The notes: generated from the sequence alone by a model not told the origin. Shown: positions 38,141-58,392, counted from the first letter of the stretch. The stretch is 64,000 bases of DNA from the human T2T-CHM13v2.0 reference genome, Homo sapiens (GCF_009914755.1 NC_060938.1), one strand, 5' to 3'. A program made the numbers and translations.

Positions 38141-38777
38141 AAAAATGGTAAAGAAAAAAAGTATTAAATGACATAACTAAATATTCTAGACATCATTCTA
38201 CCATATGTTGTCCAAGAAAAACCACATTTTACCTTACTGTTTGTCATTTGAAATAAAATATTATGTTAAGATATTTTAAATTTTTACCAGTTCCACAAAG
38301 GAACTGGGAAGTAGAAACTGAAGAACACTTTGTTAAACAAGTCCTTGGGGATTAAAGAAGTAATAGCTACGAAGTATACAACAGTGTGACGAGTGAATCC
38401 TTCTCATATTGGGGTTAAAATGGTCATTATAGCTACTGCGTACCACAAATCCAATCAAGTTAGGTATTTTGTACACATTGTCATTTAATTCTCATTACAA
38501 CCCATCACAATAGATGTTAATTAGTATGTCCCCTATTTTTCGGATAAGGAAATTCAAGATCAAAGAGATTAAATGGCCAAGGTCATACAACTAAGAAGTG
38601 AAAGTGCTGAGACTCAAACCTAAGTTCATGTCTTAAATCCCATGCTGTTTGATATTAAGGACCACTTGTGTTTAACAAATATTAAACACCTGCTACACAC
38701 ACACACTGTGCCAAATGTATAAGATAGAGCCATGACCCAAGAAACACAGTCACTATTCTCAAAAAACTTAGAATCTC

Positions 38778-39715
<938 letters not shown>

Positions 39716-39897
39716 CGTTCTTGTTTTTCCTGTCTTTGTAACTAGACTTTAAAGCTCCTCAAAAGAGCTGGAGTATAAATGAAAATACAAAGAGCTTTGA
39801 GTCTCAGATCTGGAAAAAGTCTAGCTTTATCATATACATACATAAATTTAAATGCTGGATTCCTCACCAGCAAAAGGGTCTTGGATTAAGTGATATA

Positions 39898-40022
39898 AAG
39901 TAGTCCTGTGCTTATCCATAGGAAATACATTTCAACCCCATAACCCACCCCTGCCTGGCTCCCATAAATGCCTGAAACCACGGATGCTACAAAGCCCTAT
40001 ATACACTATGTTTTATATTTTT
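39898..40022 (+). mobile_element. Tigger-family (TcMar) 5' fragment
   Basis: atgcctgaaaccacggatgctacaaagccctatatacactatgtttt. Confidence 0.55.
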
Positions 40023-40819
40023 CTTTGCCTCCAATGAATTCCCTCTCTTGGCAATGCCTTATAAGTTGCCATGCAAAAAATATAAATGTATCTCATTTAT
40101 CTGTTCTCCCCTACCCCCCACAACGCTATCTACCTCTCATAGGACTAAGCATTGGAAAGGCCTTAGTGCAGCCACCACCTAACCATAGAAATGATCCAAA
40201 ATCACATACTACTACTTCTTTATTCTTCAGTAAAGTTCTCCAAACTAAAATGAAATATGTAGTTTGAAAATGTGTAGTAAAAATACAGCTTTTTAAATAT
40301 ATCCTCTGTGCTATTTCATAGCCACTTCACAGTGACCCTACTTCTCCATTTATAACTCACCCAGTTAGTTATTAGTAAACAACTCTTAATCAAAATTTAA
40401 AATGAAGGGCTATGGAACTGTTCTCATATCCCGTTAAGTGTCTTAAAGGCACTGTGCTCAGCATTCCACATGCATTATCTTATTGAAAGCGCAGTGTTTA
40501 ATGAACTTGCCTAAAGCCACATCAGAACCACCAGGAAGCACAATTTCATTGTATTTTGTGTGAATGCCCTCCCCAGCACAAGAACGGAGCTGTACAATGA
40601 AGTGGTCTGGGTCACACAGCTAATTAAGTAATGGAGTTAAGGCTCAAAAACTTCAGTGTCTGATGAGAAAGCTCACACTCAAAACCTCCAAAAAACACTG
40701 CTTCACATCACTGAAATTAAAGAATAAGAATACAATATAAATAGAATAAAATGAGAATTCCTTGTTATATAATAAGCCAGTTTATCAGCTTTCTTTGGTG
40801 AAGGAAGAAAGGGCAACAT

Positions 40820-41009
40820 AGTGGTATCTTGTCTCTACTAGAAATTTAAACTTTAGCCGGGTGTGGTGGTATGCACTTGTAGTCCCAGCTACTGTGGAGG
40901 CTGAGTAGAGGGAGGATCACTTGAGCCAGGGAGGCTGAGGCTGCAAGGAGCCATGATTGCATCACTGCACTCCAGCCTGGGTGACAGAGTGAGATCCTAC
41001 CTCAAAAAA

Positions 41010-41044
<35 letters not shown>

Positions 41045-41060
41045 AAATAAGAATAAAAAT
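40820..41060 (+). mobile_element. AluJ partial with (TAAA)n tail
   Basis: Right arm plus AATA repeats. Confidence 0.88.
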
Positions 41061-41618
41061 TGCCTCTGGCAAAACTGCACATATAGAGGCACAGTGTGTT
41101 TTTTTTCCACCACCCCAATGCTACCTCTATAACTCACACATGATAGTTTTATAAAGATAACTACCTGGCATTCAGGTTAAAATCGCAACAGCACCCAGAA
41201 TAGGAAAAACTATAAATTATGCATTGGACTCTGCAATCACCAGCCCCTACTTGTAAATTTCAATGGAGATTCACTTTACTTCAAAATTAGAAAACTGATC
41301 TCAGAGTTTAAAACCTCATTTACAGCTTCAAAATATTTAGAATCTAGAATTATATAATAAATACTTATTTTCTTAGCATGAAAAATTATTTACAAATCAT
41401 TTAAAAAGGATGATCAACTTAACAGAAAAATGGGCAATGACAAATAGACTATTAGTTACCTAACCAATAGCCACTCCCCAGTCACAACCTGTTCCTTACA
41501 GAGTTCACCTCCCACTATCATGGCTGAAAGGAACATCCTTGCTCTCTCACCCTCACTTGTACCTAGGACATGGATGGATACCAGTCACGGTTGATGGGAT
41601 TTAAGAAAAAAATCTGTT

Positions 41619-41903
41619 GGCCGAGCGCAGTGGCTCATGCCTGTAATCCCAACACTTTCGGAGGCTGAAGCAGGCAGGTCACCTGCCTGTTCCAATACGG
41701 AGAAACCCTGTCTCTACTAAAAACACAAAATTAGCCGGGCATGGTGGTGCACACCTGTAATCCCAGCTACTCGGGAGGTTGAGGCAGGAGAATCGCTTGA
41801 ACCCGGGAGGCAGAGGATGCGGTGCAGTGAGCCGAGATCGTGTCATTGCACTCCAGCCTGGGCAACAAGAAGCAAAACTCCGTCTCAAAAAAAGAAAAAA
41901 AAA
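41619..41903 (+). mobile_element. Alu with internal deletion
   Basis: Left-arm B-box region missing; TSD aaaaaaatctg. Confidence 0.9.
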
Positions 41904-42009
41904 ATCTGCTAAGGACTTCCAGGAAAGGTTTTTAATTCCAAATAAAATAGATGTTCATGAACAAATATACTTCATCTTTACTGGTCATTGAACCTGGTGT
42001 GAACTACGA

Positions 42010-42805
42010 ATCCTCTTTTTCTCACATGACACATCCCTCAACAAATCTTTTGGGCTCTGCCTCAACATATGCAGAATTACTTCAACATTTCTCTGATGCC
42101 TATCATGCTTCAAATCATCTGTCACCCTGCTAATATTATCTTAACTAACATGCCTGCTTCTTCCTTGATCTCCTTCATTCTAGTCTCAACACAGCAGCCA
42201 GCATGAGAGTTTGAGAGTCTTGGTCAGATAAAGCCAGTCCTCCACTCAAAAGCCCCCAAAGGACTCTCATCTAATCCAGAGTAAAAGGCAAAAGATCTCA
42301 CAATGGTCTACAAGGCCCTGCACAATCTGACTCCCCACGCTACTTCTCTTATGATGTTTTCTACATAACTCAGCTCCTGCCACACTAGCCCTTTCAGTTC
42401 TATGAACATGCTAAGCACATTCCTGCCTCGGGGCTTTTGCACTCACTGTTCCCTGCATCAGCAATACTCTTTCCCCAAATGTCTGCCTTTGCATTCTTAT
42501 TTCCTTTAAGATTCTATTCAAACATCAGCTCACTGAGGCCTTCTCTGATGGCCCCACTTAAAATAATCCAACCCAGCCCTTCCCGTCCCTTCCATGGCTT
42601 TATTTTTTTCCATAAAACTTAACGTCTTCTGACAACCTATAAATTCTACCTATTTGTTTGACTGTCTTCTCCCTTATCCCCACTAAAATATCAGCTCCGT
42701 GAAGGAAGGCAATGAACTTTGTTTTGCTCACTGCTGTATTTCCTGTGCTTATAGAATATTGCCTAATACATTTTAGGTGCTAAATGATTATTTAAGTGAA
42801 TTAAT
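42010..42805 (-). mobile_element. L2 LINE 3' remnant
   Basis: ctcaacacagcagccag, tacaaggccctgcacaatctg, tttgctcactgctgtatttcc...taggtgctaaatg. Confidence 0.75.
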
Positions 42806-43174
42806 TTAGCCACTATCAACAACAAGCTGAGTATAAAACAGCAGGAAAATGAAAACCATCTAGGTCAGTGACAATTTAATTGAGCCATTGAATTACACCT
42901 GGACTTCTAGTCATGTGAGGTAAATTTTATTTATAGTTTAAGCCATTTTTAATTAAAATTTTTGTTATTTGAAGCTGCAAAGTACCCAAAATAGGGTACT
43001 GGTAGGCAGTTTGCAAAAAAAAAAGTGACAAATATAATCAATTTAACTCAATCATAAGGCATGCAAATTAAAATAACCATGAAATAATGTCACTCAAGAA
43101 AAAATAAGTTTGGTACATGTATAATCCCACTTAATATGACTCACTACATTAGTAGCATTAAAAAAATTTTAAGG

Positions 43175-45060
<1,886 letters not shown>

Positions 45061-45964
45061 GGAGGGGAGATCAGGTGAGTTAAACTGGAGTTGGGGGGGA
45101 ATGTTGGCCAAGTGGCAGGCAGGGTGGGCCTGGGCCTGAGGGAAGCCATGGGCCCCTAGACTTGTTCCTGCTGACAGAGCGCCAGCGGCTGGGCAGGAGC
45201 ATGAGCAAGGTGGGTTTGCATCTGTCACTGGAGGAGCGCTCCGAATGCTTCTCCGGACAAAAGCAGGAGGCTGCCATTGTTCACAGGATGTGAGATCTAA
45301 TATGGTTCAGGCTGGGGCAAATCAGTGAAGATCAAAATCCCTCATCTTCCACAATGAGGGACTAGAATCAAAGGTGGATGTGCTCCCGCCTGCTCACAAA
45401 GGGTCTTCACATGCCCCAGGGCCCTCCGCTGGGCATGTGTGTTAGGCGACACACAAACAGCCTGAGGGTGCCCAGTCGCTGAGCAGCCCCAGACGCTGTG
45501 CCATTACCGGCAGGCAGGGCCCTGCAGGAGACCTTCGCCTGCCCGGACCAGAGAGGCTGCAGGGGTGCTGTGGGGAGAGGGCCAGACGGCCGCAACACAG
45601 CTGGGAATGGCTCCAGAGGGGAGGGTGGAGAGTGTGCTGGCCCATGGGAGGACTCAGAGAGGAGTTGTGTGTGTTTGGCGCTTGTGGACATGGTGTGTGG
45701 CAGTGTGAGCCAACAGGCCAACGGGCGGCAAGCATAGGAGGCTTTATGGATCCCCCTGAAGAACCACTGTGTGGAGGGGAAATGGCCCCCTGTGAGGAAA
45801 GTCCTAGCAGCCGGTGGAGCGCAACCAGATGCGGGCCCAGACTGATGGGGTCTCCATGGGAGCCCAGGTGGGAGGTGGAGGAGAAGGGAGACAGTGAGAA
45901 GGTTGTCACCAGGCCCTCACTAATACCCAGGGAGAAGCCCGTGTGCAAAGGAGGTGAAGGATAG

Positions 45965-46283
<319 letters not shown>

Positions 46284-47002
46284 AGTGGAGGATGGGTTTA
46301 TATTGGGAAAAACCAATATTCTCAAACTTGGTGAAAACGACCACAGGATGCAACCCTCTGGCCTGGGACCCACCCCATCAAGTGGGTGGGGGCTGACAAG
46401 AAAACAACAGCGGCTCCTGGACAGCTCCCAGCAGGGCTCACTGCTCGGGCCCGGCCTAGCGCTGAGTGGGGCTGTTCCTGGCCCGACAGCCTCCCGAGGC
46501 TGGCTGCCAACACCGCACCCTTCCCACCCGTGTCCTGGAAGTCCTCAGAGGAAACATCTGCCCGGAACATGACGTCAGTAAATCATTAATGAGACAGTCA
46601 CTACATGACATAAATCCACTTAGCGGAGCCTCACCCTCACCTAGCAACTGGGTCACCAGCAAACTAACCACTTGGTGTGACTCTTCCATTAGGACTACAT
46701 GTCCCCAGAGCCTCAGAGGCCAACGTTCCCAACCAGGGACTCCACCCTTCTCCCAGAGAGAGGCAAAAACAAAACAATGTAACTGAAAACCGGGTTGTAA
46801 AAACCGGTGGAAGAGCTGGGAACAGTTAACAGGGTGTCTTTCACCTCTGTATGTAGGAGCCGAAGTGGAGCCACCAGCTGTTCAAGGGACGCCCCCTCCT
46901 GGGGGGTAAGAGGGCTCTCCAGAGCCAGTGAGGCGGGTGGGCAGGGTCCCTGTGCAGTGACACTGGTTGTTTCTGAGGCAAGCAGAACTCCTCCCTGCCC
47001 TT

Positions 47003-49500
<2,498 letters not shown>

Positions 49501-49916
49501 ATCACAGTCAAGTAAAAAGAAATGCAACTAAAAGAGCTGTCAGTTAAATACATTCCTCTCTAATGGCAGGACTAGTCTATAAGATTTTTTTTCATTTAGA
49601 GTTTTTTTAATTTTTAAACCTTGTGAAACATCAAATTATATGCTGAAGCTGTTACTTTCTGTCAAAAAAAGTGAGTTTTTAATATGAAAATTCTGCTTAG
49701 GTTAATTTTTTTTTAAAGCAAGTTTTATACATCTGCATGAATTGTTTCCTTTAGCACTAGTCAAACAGACTCCATAACCTTCCAAAGAAGTGCCTTCATT
49801 TATTTATGGGGCTTAGGACAGGAAAAAAGCTCTGGAAAAGGGAAATTTCAAAATAGGGCTTCAGCAGGGGCCCAGGTGGAGTGAGTAGTTTTTGATAAGG
49901 TCTGGGTGGGACTCAC

Positions 49917-50202
<286 letters not shown>

Positions 50203-50363
50203 CTACCTATCTGCCAGGTGGCTTTTGCAGCCCGGCAAACGCTCCCCAAGGCCACCATGCCTATGTGTACAACCTTGTTGTTATTGTGGACAATGTTCTC
50301 CCCTCAGAAGCTGACAATTTATACAGGTCACCAGATCATATTTGGCAGTGACTCATTTTATAA

Positions 50364-50902
<539 letters not shown>

Positions 50903-51118
50903 TTCCTCTCCTTTTTTTTTCCCCCAAAAGAAACGCGGAGTTGGAGACAGACTTATTAGCATTGAAGGGAGAGATCTGATGAAGAGAAATGGGACCACAT
51001 TGAGGCAGTGTCCTGGGAGGAGCTGTGATTTTTACCTCTATCGGTGTTGGGGGAAAGACGTGGACCAGGGTGGTAGCCAGTGGGCTAAGGGTGAGGCTCC
51101 CACCTCACAGGGAGGTGG

Positions 51119-51712
51119 AGAGAAAGACATGGAGACAGAGAGAGAGAGACAGAGAGGCAGAAACAGACAGACCCACAGAGAGAGAGGGAAACAGAGATGA
51201 AGAGACAGAAACACACAGACAGACAGTGATAGAAAAAGGGAGACACAGAAACAGAGGGACAGATACAGAGACGGAGAGAAAGACAGAGACAGATAGAGAG
51301 ACACTAAGAGAGACACAGAGAGAGAAAGAGATGGAGACAGAGAGACAGAGACAGAGAAGCAGAAACAGAGACAGATACACAGAGAGAGTGAGACAGAGAT
51401 GAAGAGACAGAAACACAGAGAGACAGTGATAGAAAGAGGGAGACACAGAAACAGAGGGACAGATACAGAGATGGAGAGAAAGACAGAGACAGACAGAGAG
51501 ACATAGAGAGAGAAAGAGATGGAGACAGAGAAGCAGAAACAGAGACAGACACAGAGTGAGAGAGGGAGACAGAGATGAAGAGACAGCAACCCACAGAGAG
51601 ACAGTGATAGAAAGAGGGAGACACAGAAACAGAGGGACAGATACAAAGAAAGAGAGACACTAAGAGAGACACAGAGAGAGAAAGACTGACATATACATAG
51701 AAAGAGGGAGAG
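51119..51712. repeat. GA/GACA-rich low-complexity array with about 180-200-bp higher-order units
   Basis: Marker agagatgaagagacag recurs at 51193, 51395 and 51571. Confidence 0.92.
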
Positions 51713-52120
<408 letters not shown>

Positions 52121-52678
52121 CTAAAATAGGGAGAGATGGGGAAGGAAATCCTTGGGGGAGCCCCAGGCATTAGTCCAACCAGGAGCACTAAGGGCCAGAA
52201 CCAGAACATGTTACTTGGCCTGAGTGTGACTTCTGGTGTAAGAAAAACAGACCCTGAAGGTCTTTGTGAAACTTTAGTTTCTCCTTCTAAAGAAATGCCT
52301 GTTTATTTTACAGATGCAAAGGGTAACCACATTAATTCCAAGGCAGTTTTCCAAAGTATTATAATGATCCCAACAAGAAAATGGCATTTCAGTTCAAATG
52401 TTACTGAGTTCCAGGGAAACGGTTAGATACCCAGGCTGTGGAACTGGGTTGGATGCAGGACTCAGGATCCAGAGACAAGGAAGGCAGCATCATAAGTCAG
52501 CCACCCATAAATGCAATATTATAACAGTCCCAATTTCTTTTTGAGGTTTGTTCCAATCAACAGCAACTGAAACACAACTCAGACTAAGTTAGGCAGAGAA
52601 AGAAAATTATTGACTTAATATAACTGTGAGATCCTATGATGGAGCTGACTTCAGGATTCCCAAGGACTTAAGAAATCT

Positions 52679-53150
52679 CTAGATAGATAGATAGATAGAG
52701 ACGTAGAGAAAAAAATAGATATAGATAGAATAAATAGATGATAGATAAATACATAGGATAGATAAATAGCTAGATGATAGGTAATATATATAGATATGTA
52801 GATGTTTAATGGATACATAAAATAGGTAGATAAATAGGATGGATAGATACATAATTGATAGATAACTAGGACAGATAGATACATGATAGATACATTGATA
52901 CTCAGGATAGATAAATGATAGGTAGATAGATAAGATGGATAGATACATAGATAAATAGATTAGATAGGAGAGATGATAGATAGATGATAGATAGATAGAA
53001 TAAGATGGATGATAGATAGTCACATAGAATAAGATGGATGATAGATAGATAGATAGATAGATGATAGAGAGAGGGATAGAAAGATAGGATAGATGATGGG
53101 TAGATGGTTAGATAGATAGGATAGATGATAGATAGATAATAGATAGATGG
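52679..53150. repeat. Degenerate (GATA)n/(GGAT)n array
   Basis: About 470 bp of tagatagata variants. Confidence 0.95.
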
Positions 53151-54307
53151 AATAAATATCGTATAACTGCATAAACAAATGTATGGAAATAAGCAAATAA
53201 TCATGACTTAAATAAGATGGAAGTTTGTTTCTCTCTGACATGATAGGAGGCCAGAACAAGGGGTCCAGGTTATTGTACAGATTCAAGATGTCAGGCATTT
53301 GGAATGTTGTTGCTCCACTCTTTTAGTATCTGACTTTCTACTCATGGTTCAATATGATGGCATGGTCTCCAGCCCTCACATCTCCATTGCAGCTAGCAGC
53401 AAAAGGAGAGGGAAGAGTTCACATTCACTTTTTTACGAAATTAAAGAGATTTTTATGGTCTTAATACATTCCTACTTACTTCTCATGAGCTCAAAGTTCA
53501 TCATACAGTCACACAGAGCTGCAAGGGAGTCTAGGAAAAACAGTCTCAAAAAGTAGAGGTGGACAGCTTCTCAGGGATCTCCCAAGTTCTGATGACTCTC
53601 TCAACTCTGCTTCTCTCTGGGTTCCAGACTAGATTCTCTCAGAAAAAGTCTTGGAATATAGGATGGAAAAAAAAATCCAGCTGCTGCACCTATAGATTCA
53701 CAGTCTGAGCTTCTCCCACCACCCTCTCAGTCTTTGCTGATCAAATTCAGGGGAAGGTTAACTAGCCTGTCTTGAACCGTATGTCTATCTCTGGGATAAT
53801 CTCTGCACCTGAGAAAGGCTGGCTTCTCAGAGCAGATGATTTTGTTGTTGTTGTTGTTAAACTTTAAAAGATGAATCAGATGTTACAATGACTCAGGGCT
53901 GGGCAGGCAAAGTCAGAGAACTAGGAAATTGACGATGGAGTCAGAGATTGAGGTGCTGGGTGTTATGTGATGAAGTACAGACAGAGAGGCCACATCTTTC
54001 CATGTGTGAATTTATGAAAGATCTCAGACACTTAGGTAAGGATCCTGAACTATTCTCTGCAGTTGATGAGAAACCACCAACATTTTGTGACCAGTCATGT
54101 CAACATTTATGCTTATACATCTTAAATAGGTCTAAATGTGTTTAGACCTATTACCTTGGAACCCATGCATAGGATGGATGAGAAGGGATGGCACTGAAGA
54201 TGGAAGCCTGGAGACTCTGGCATGGGATGGATGGTGGTAATGGAGTCTTTGAACCTGGAGCATGGAGTGGGAAGGAAGAAGTGAGAAGGCATTCAAAGTC
54301 ACCAGTG

Positions 54308-54671
<364 letters not shown>

Positions 54672-54768
54672 TCACCACAGAAGCAAACTGTTGTGTCTCT
54701 TTGATGTTGAGGGAAAAATCAAAAGTGACTTCAGAGCTCTAACCTGAAAGGTTGAGTGGGAAACAAAC

Positions 54769-54905
54769 TCCCAATAAAAGAACATAAATTATGTCTGGGG
54801 GAGAAAAGAAGACAAAGTTGAGTTCAGCCTTTGCTTTATTGATTCTTCTTCTGAAGGAGATTCTTCTAAAACAGGGAGTCACATTTAGCCTTTGCTCGTT
54901 CTTCT
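54769..54905 (+). repeat. Copy 1 of a ~137-bp dispersed direct repeat
   Basis: Matches 56016-56155. Confidence 0.93.
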
Positions 54906-55499
54906 CCTCTTCCCAAAGGGGTTCTTCTAAATGCTGGGCTGAACTAGGGCTCAAACATAAGCTTCCTTCTCTCTCCAGGGGATCTCACTCAGCCCCAGGA
55001 CTTGACACATCCACTCAAAATCCTAAATTCCCATCTCTGGCTTTGACATCTTTTCTCTACTTCAGATTCGTGCATGTAACTGTATCCTCAACTTCTCAGC
55101 TCAGATAAATGATTAGGGCTTCCAAGTTAACCCATCCCAAACCATCTGGAAAGCCTTCACTGGATTCACCACCACCCCTGAGAAGTGTTTTGGCAGAAGA
55201 CTTTGGAAACTTTGAACTCTTCTTTCTCTTATCTCCCCCTTATACAATTCATTGGCAAGTCTCTTGAATGACCTCAAACATTTGTCAAATTGGATCAGAT
55301 TTTCCTGCCTTTGCTTTCTTCACCCTCATGCATGACATATGTCATCTGGATCATAGCCACATCCTCCTGATTGATCTCTTGGCTTCTGTCCTGGTTTCTG
55401 CTTTGATCCTGGAATTATTCTTAAGCAGAGAAATCTTTTAAAAATAGAGATGATTTTTAGCTTGTGGCCCTCATCCCTTGCTAATGACTAAATAGCAAA

Positions 55500-55891
55500 G
55501 TTTCCCAAAATTTGTATGTTGAAGGCCTAACCACTACTAATCATGTCCCTCCAAAATGCACCATATTGAAACCCTAATCCCCAATGGGATGATATTAGGA
55601 GGTGAAGTCTCTGGAGGTGATGAGGTTTAGATGAGGTCATGAGGATGGGTCCTTCATGACGTGATTAGTATCCTTATAAGAAGAGCGAGAGACACAAAAG
55701 TGCTCTCTCTCTCTCTCTTTCTCTCTCTGAAGACACCATCTGTGAACCAGCAAGAGGACCCACTCCACACAATAAATCTGCCATACCTTGATCTCGGACT
55801 TCCCCATCTCCAGAACTGTGAGAAATCAATGGCTGTTACTTAAGCCACCCAGTCTATAATTTTTGTTATGGCAACCCGAGCTGACTAAGAC
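55500..55891 (+). mobile_element. MLT1A/MSTD-type MaLR solo LTR
   Basis: accctaatccccaatg...gatgaggtcatgagg...ccagaactgtgagaaat...aagccacccagtcta...gctgactaagaca. Confidence 0.85.
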
Positions 55892-56015
55892 ATCCCTCAT
55901 GCCACTCAAAACCCGCCAATAATTTCACATCGAAGTCAGAATACAATCTGACTACTTCCCTATTGCTTCTTTGTAACTCTGTCCCTGGTCACTTGCTCCA
56001 ACTGGGACTCTGTGG

Positions 56016-56155
56016 TCCCAATAAAATAACGTAAATTATGTCTGGGGAAGAAAAGAAGACAAAGTTGAGTTCAGCCTTTGCTTTACTGATTCTTCTTCTG
56101 AAGGGGGTTCTTCTAAAACAAGGAGTCGTCACGTTTAGCCTTTGCTTGTTCTTCT
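56016..56155 (+). repeat. Copy 2 of the ~137-bp dispersed direct repeat
   Basis: Matches 54769-54905. Confidence 0.93.
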
Positions 56156-56230
56156 TTGCTGCCCCCTTGGGCGTCCTCCCAGTCATGCCAAATTCATTCC
56201 TGCTGCAGACCTCCAGTACGTTACTCCTTC

Positions 56231-56760
56231 TGTGAGTGTCCTCTGGCCGCCATCACCAATGATCACATTCATATTGGCTTAAAGCAACACAAATGTATTG
56301 TCTTACAGTGTTGTAGTTTTGAAGCCCACCCTGGGTCTCACTGGCCTAAAACCAAGGTGTCAGCAAAACTTCCCTCTTGATGCAAGTTCTGGGGGAGAAT
56401 CAGTTTCCTTGCCATTTCCTGCTTCTAGGGGAATGTTTCTAGAGTATTCCTTGGCTCCTGGACCCTTCCTTGACCTTCAAAGCCAGTAGTGCAGCATCTT
56501 CTAATTTCTCTGTGACTCTGACATTTGCTTTTGTCCTAACATCACCTCCTCTGGCTCTGGCACTCCTACCTCCCTCTTACAAAGATCCTGTGATGATCTT
56601 AGACCCAGCTGGATAATCCAGGGTCATTTCATCTCATGATTCTTAAACTAATCACATCTGCAAAATGTTTTTAGCTATGACAGGTTTTTACAGATTTCTG
56701 GAATTAGGATGTGGATTTTTTTTTGAGGGGGTGAAGGGGGTGCTTACTCTGTCAACCACA
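56231..56760 (-). mobile_element. MLT1 (B/C/D-type) MaLR solo LTR
   Basis: ggcttaaagcaacacaaatgtattgtcttacagt...aatcacatctgcaaa...ctggaattaggatgtgga...ctgtcaaccaca. Confidence 0.85.
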
Positions 56761-57887
56761 TGGGGATTAGGATGTAGACATCCTTGGGGCCATTATTCTG
56801 TCTGCTACCTAGTATTCGGACATGGACATCTTTGGGACCATTATACTCTGTGTCACATGAGGATTAGGACATGGGTATCTTTGGGACCATTATTCTGTCT
56901 CCCACATGGGGATTAGGATGTGGACATCTTTGGGGCCATTATTCTGTCTGCCACGTGGGGATAAGGATGTGTACATCTTTGGGGCCATTATTCTGTCTAC
57001 CACATGGGGATTAGGATGTGGACATCTTTGGGGTCATTATTCTGTCTACCACATGGGGATTAGGACGTGGACATCTTTGGGGCCATTATTCTGTCTGCCA
57101 CGTGGGGATTAGGATGTGTACATCTTTGGGGCCATTATTCTGTCTATCACATGGGCATTAGGACGTGGACATCTTTGGGGCCATTATTCTGTCTGCCACA
57201 TGGGGATTAGGATGTGTACATCTTTGGGGCCATTATTCTGTCTGCCACATGGGATTAGGACATGGACATATTTGAGGCCATTATTCTGTCTACCAAATGG
57301 AGATTAGGATGTGGACATCTTTGGGGACATTATTCTGTCTCCCACATGAGGATTAGGATGTGGACATCTTTGAGGCCATTATTCTGTCTCCCACATGGGA
57401 TTAGGATGTGAAGATCTTTGGGAACATTATTGTTTCCACCACATGGGATTAGGACATGGACATCTTTGGGGCCATTATTCTGTCTACCACATGGGATTAG
57501 GATGTGGACCTCTTTGGGACCACTATTCTGTCTACCACATGGGGATTAGGACATGGATGTCTTTGGGGCCATTATTCTGTCTACCACATGGGGATTAGGA
57601 CATGGACATCTCTGGGGACATTATTCTGTCTACCACATGGGGAATAGGATATTGGTAACATCTTTAGGGCCATTATTCTGTCTACCACATGGGGATTAGG
57701 ACATGGATATCTTTGGGGCCATTATTCTGTCTACCACATGGGGATTAGGACATGGACATCTCTGGGGACATTATTCTGTCTACCACATGGGGAATAGGAT
57801 ATTGGTGACATCTTTAGGGCCATTATTCTGTCTACCACATGGGGATTAGGACATGGATATCTTTGGGGCCATTATTCTGTCTACCAA
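56761..57887. repeat. 49-bp minisatellite, about 23 copies, derived from the MLT1 LTR 5' end
   Basis: Consensus tggggattaggatgtggacatctttggggccattattctgtctaccaca; period 49 checked (56907 to 56956). Confidence 0.95.
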
Positions 57888-58284
57888 GAGATAATTACAA
57901 CTTGGACATCTTTGGTGAAATCACTTTGTCTTCATCCTTTCTTATTCTTAGAATTCTCCTAGTGACAAACGTCTTCTTCTTCCTCAACTTCTTCTTCCCC
58001 AGCGTTCGTATGGGGCCTCCAACACTCACCAGACAGCTCCCTGACTGCATTACCCTAGATTGTATTTGGCCAAGATTCTCGGGTTTTTCTTGGTTTCTCC
58101 AAGCAGAATGGAAGCTTTAGAGGGCAGAGTGTTTGTTACTCTTTCTTATTCTAATTGTGTATTCTTATTTATTGACGTGTCTCCAGCTTTCAAGGCAGAT
58201 TCTCACCCATTAGGTCTTCTATATACAATTAAATTTACCTAGAAAGTATTTCCTTCTTATTTAAAACTTTTTAAAAGTAAATTC

Positions 58285-58392
58285 ATGTATACATATGTAA
58301 CCAACCTGCATGTCGTGCACATGTACCCTAAAACTTAAAGTATAATAATAATAAAATTGTAAAAAAGAAAGATAACAACCAAAAAACAACAA
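58285..58392 (+). mobile_element. Very short 5'-truncated L1PA insertion with TSD
   Basis: atgtatacatatgtaaccaacctgcatgtcgtgcacatgtaccctaaaacttaaagtataataa + A-rich tail; TSD aaaagtaaattc at 58273-58284 and 58393-58404. Confidence 0.9.

Noticed and set aside
56761-57887. CRISPR-like regular repeats
   Set aside because: Units are head-to-tail with no unique spacers, there are no cas genes, and the DNA is primate; this is a minisatellite. The same applies to 62071-63260.
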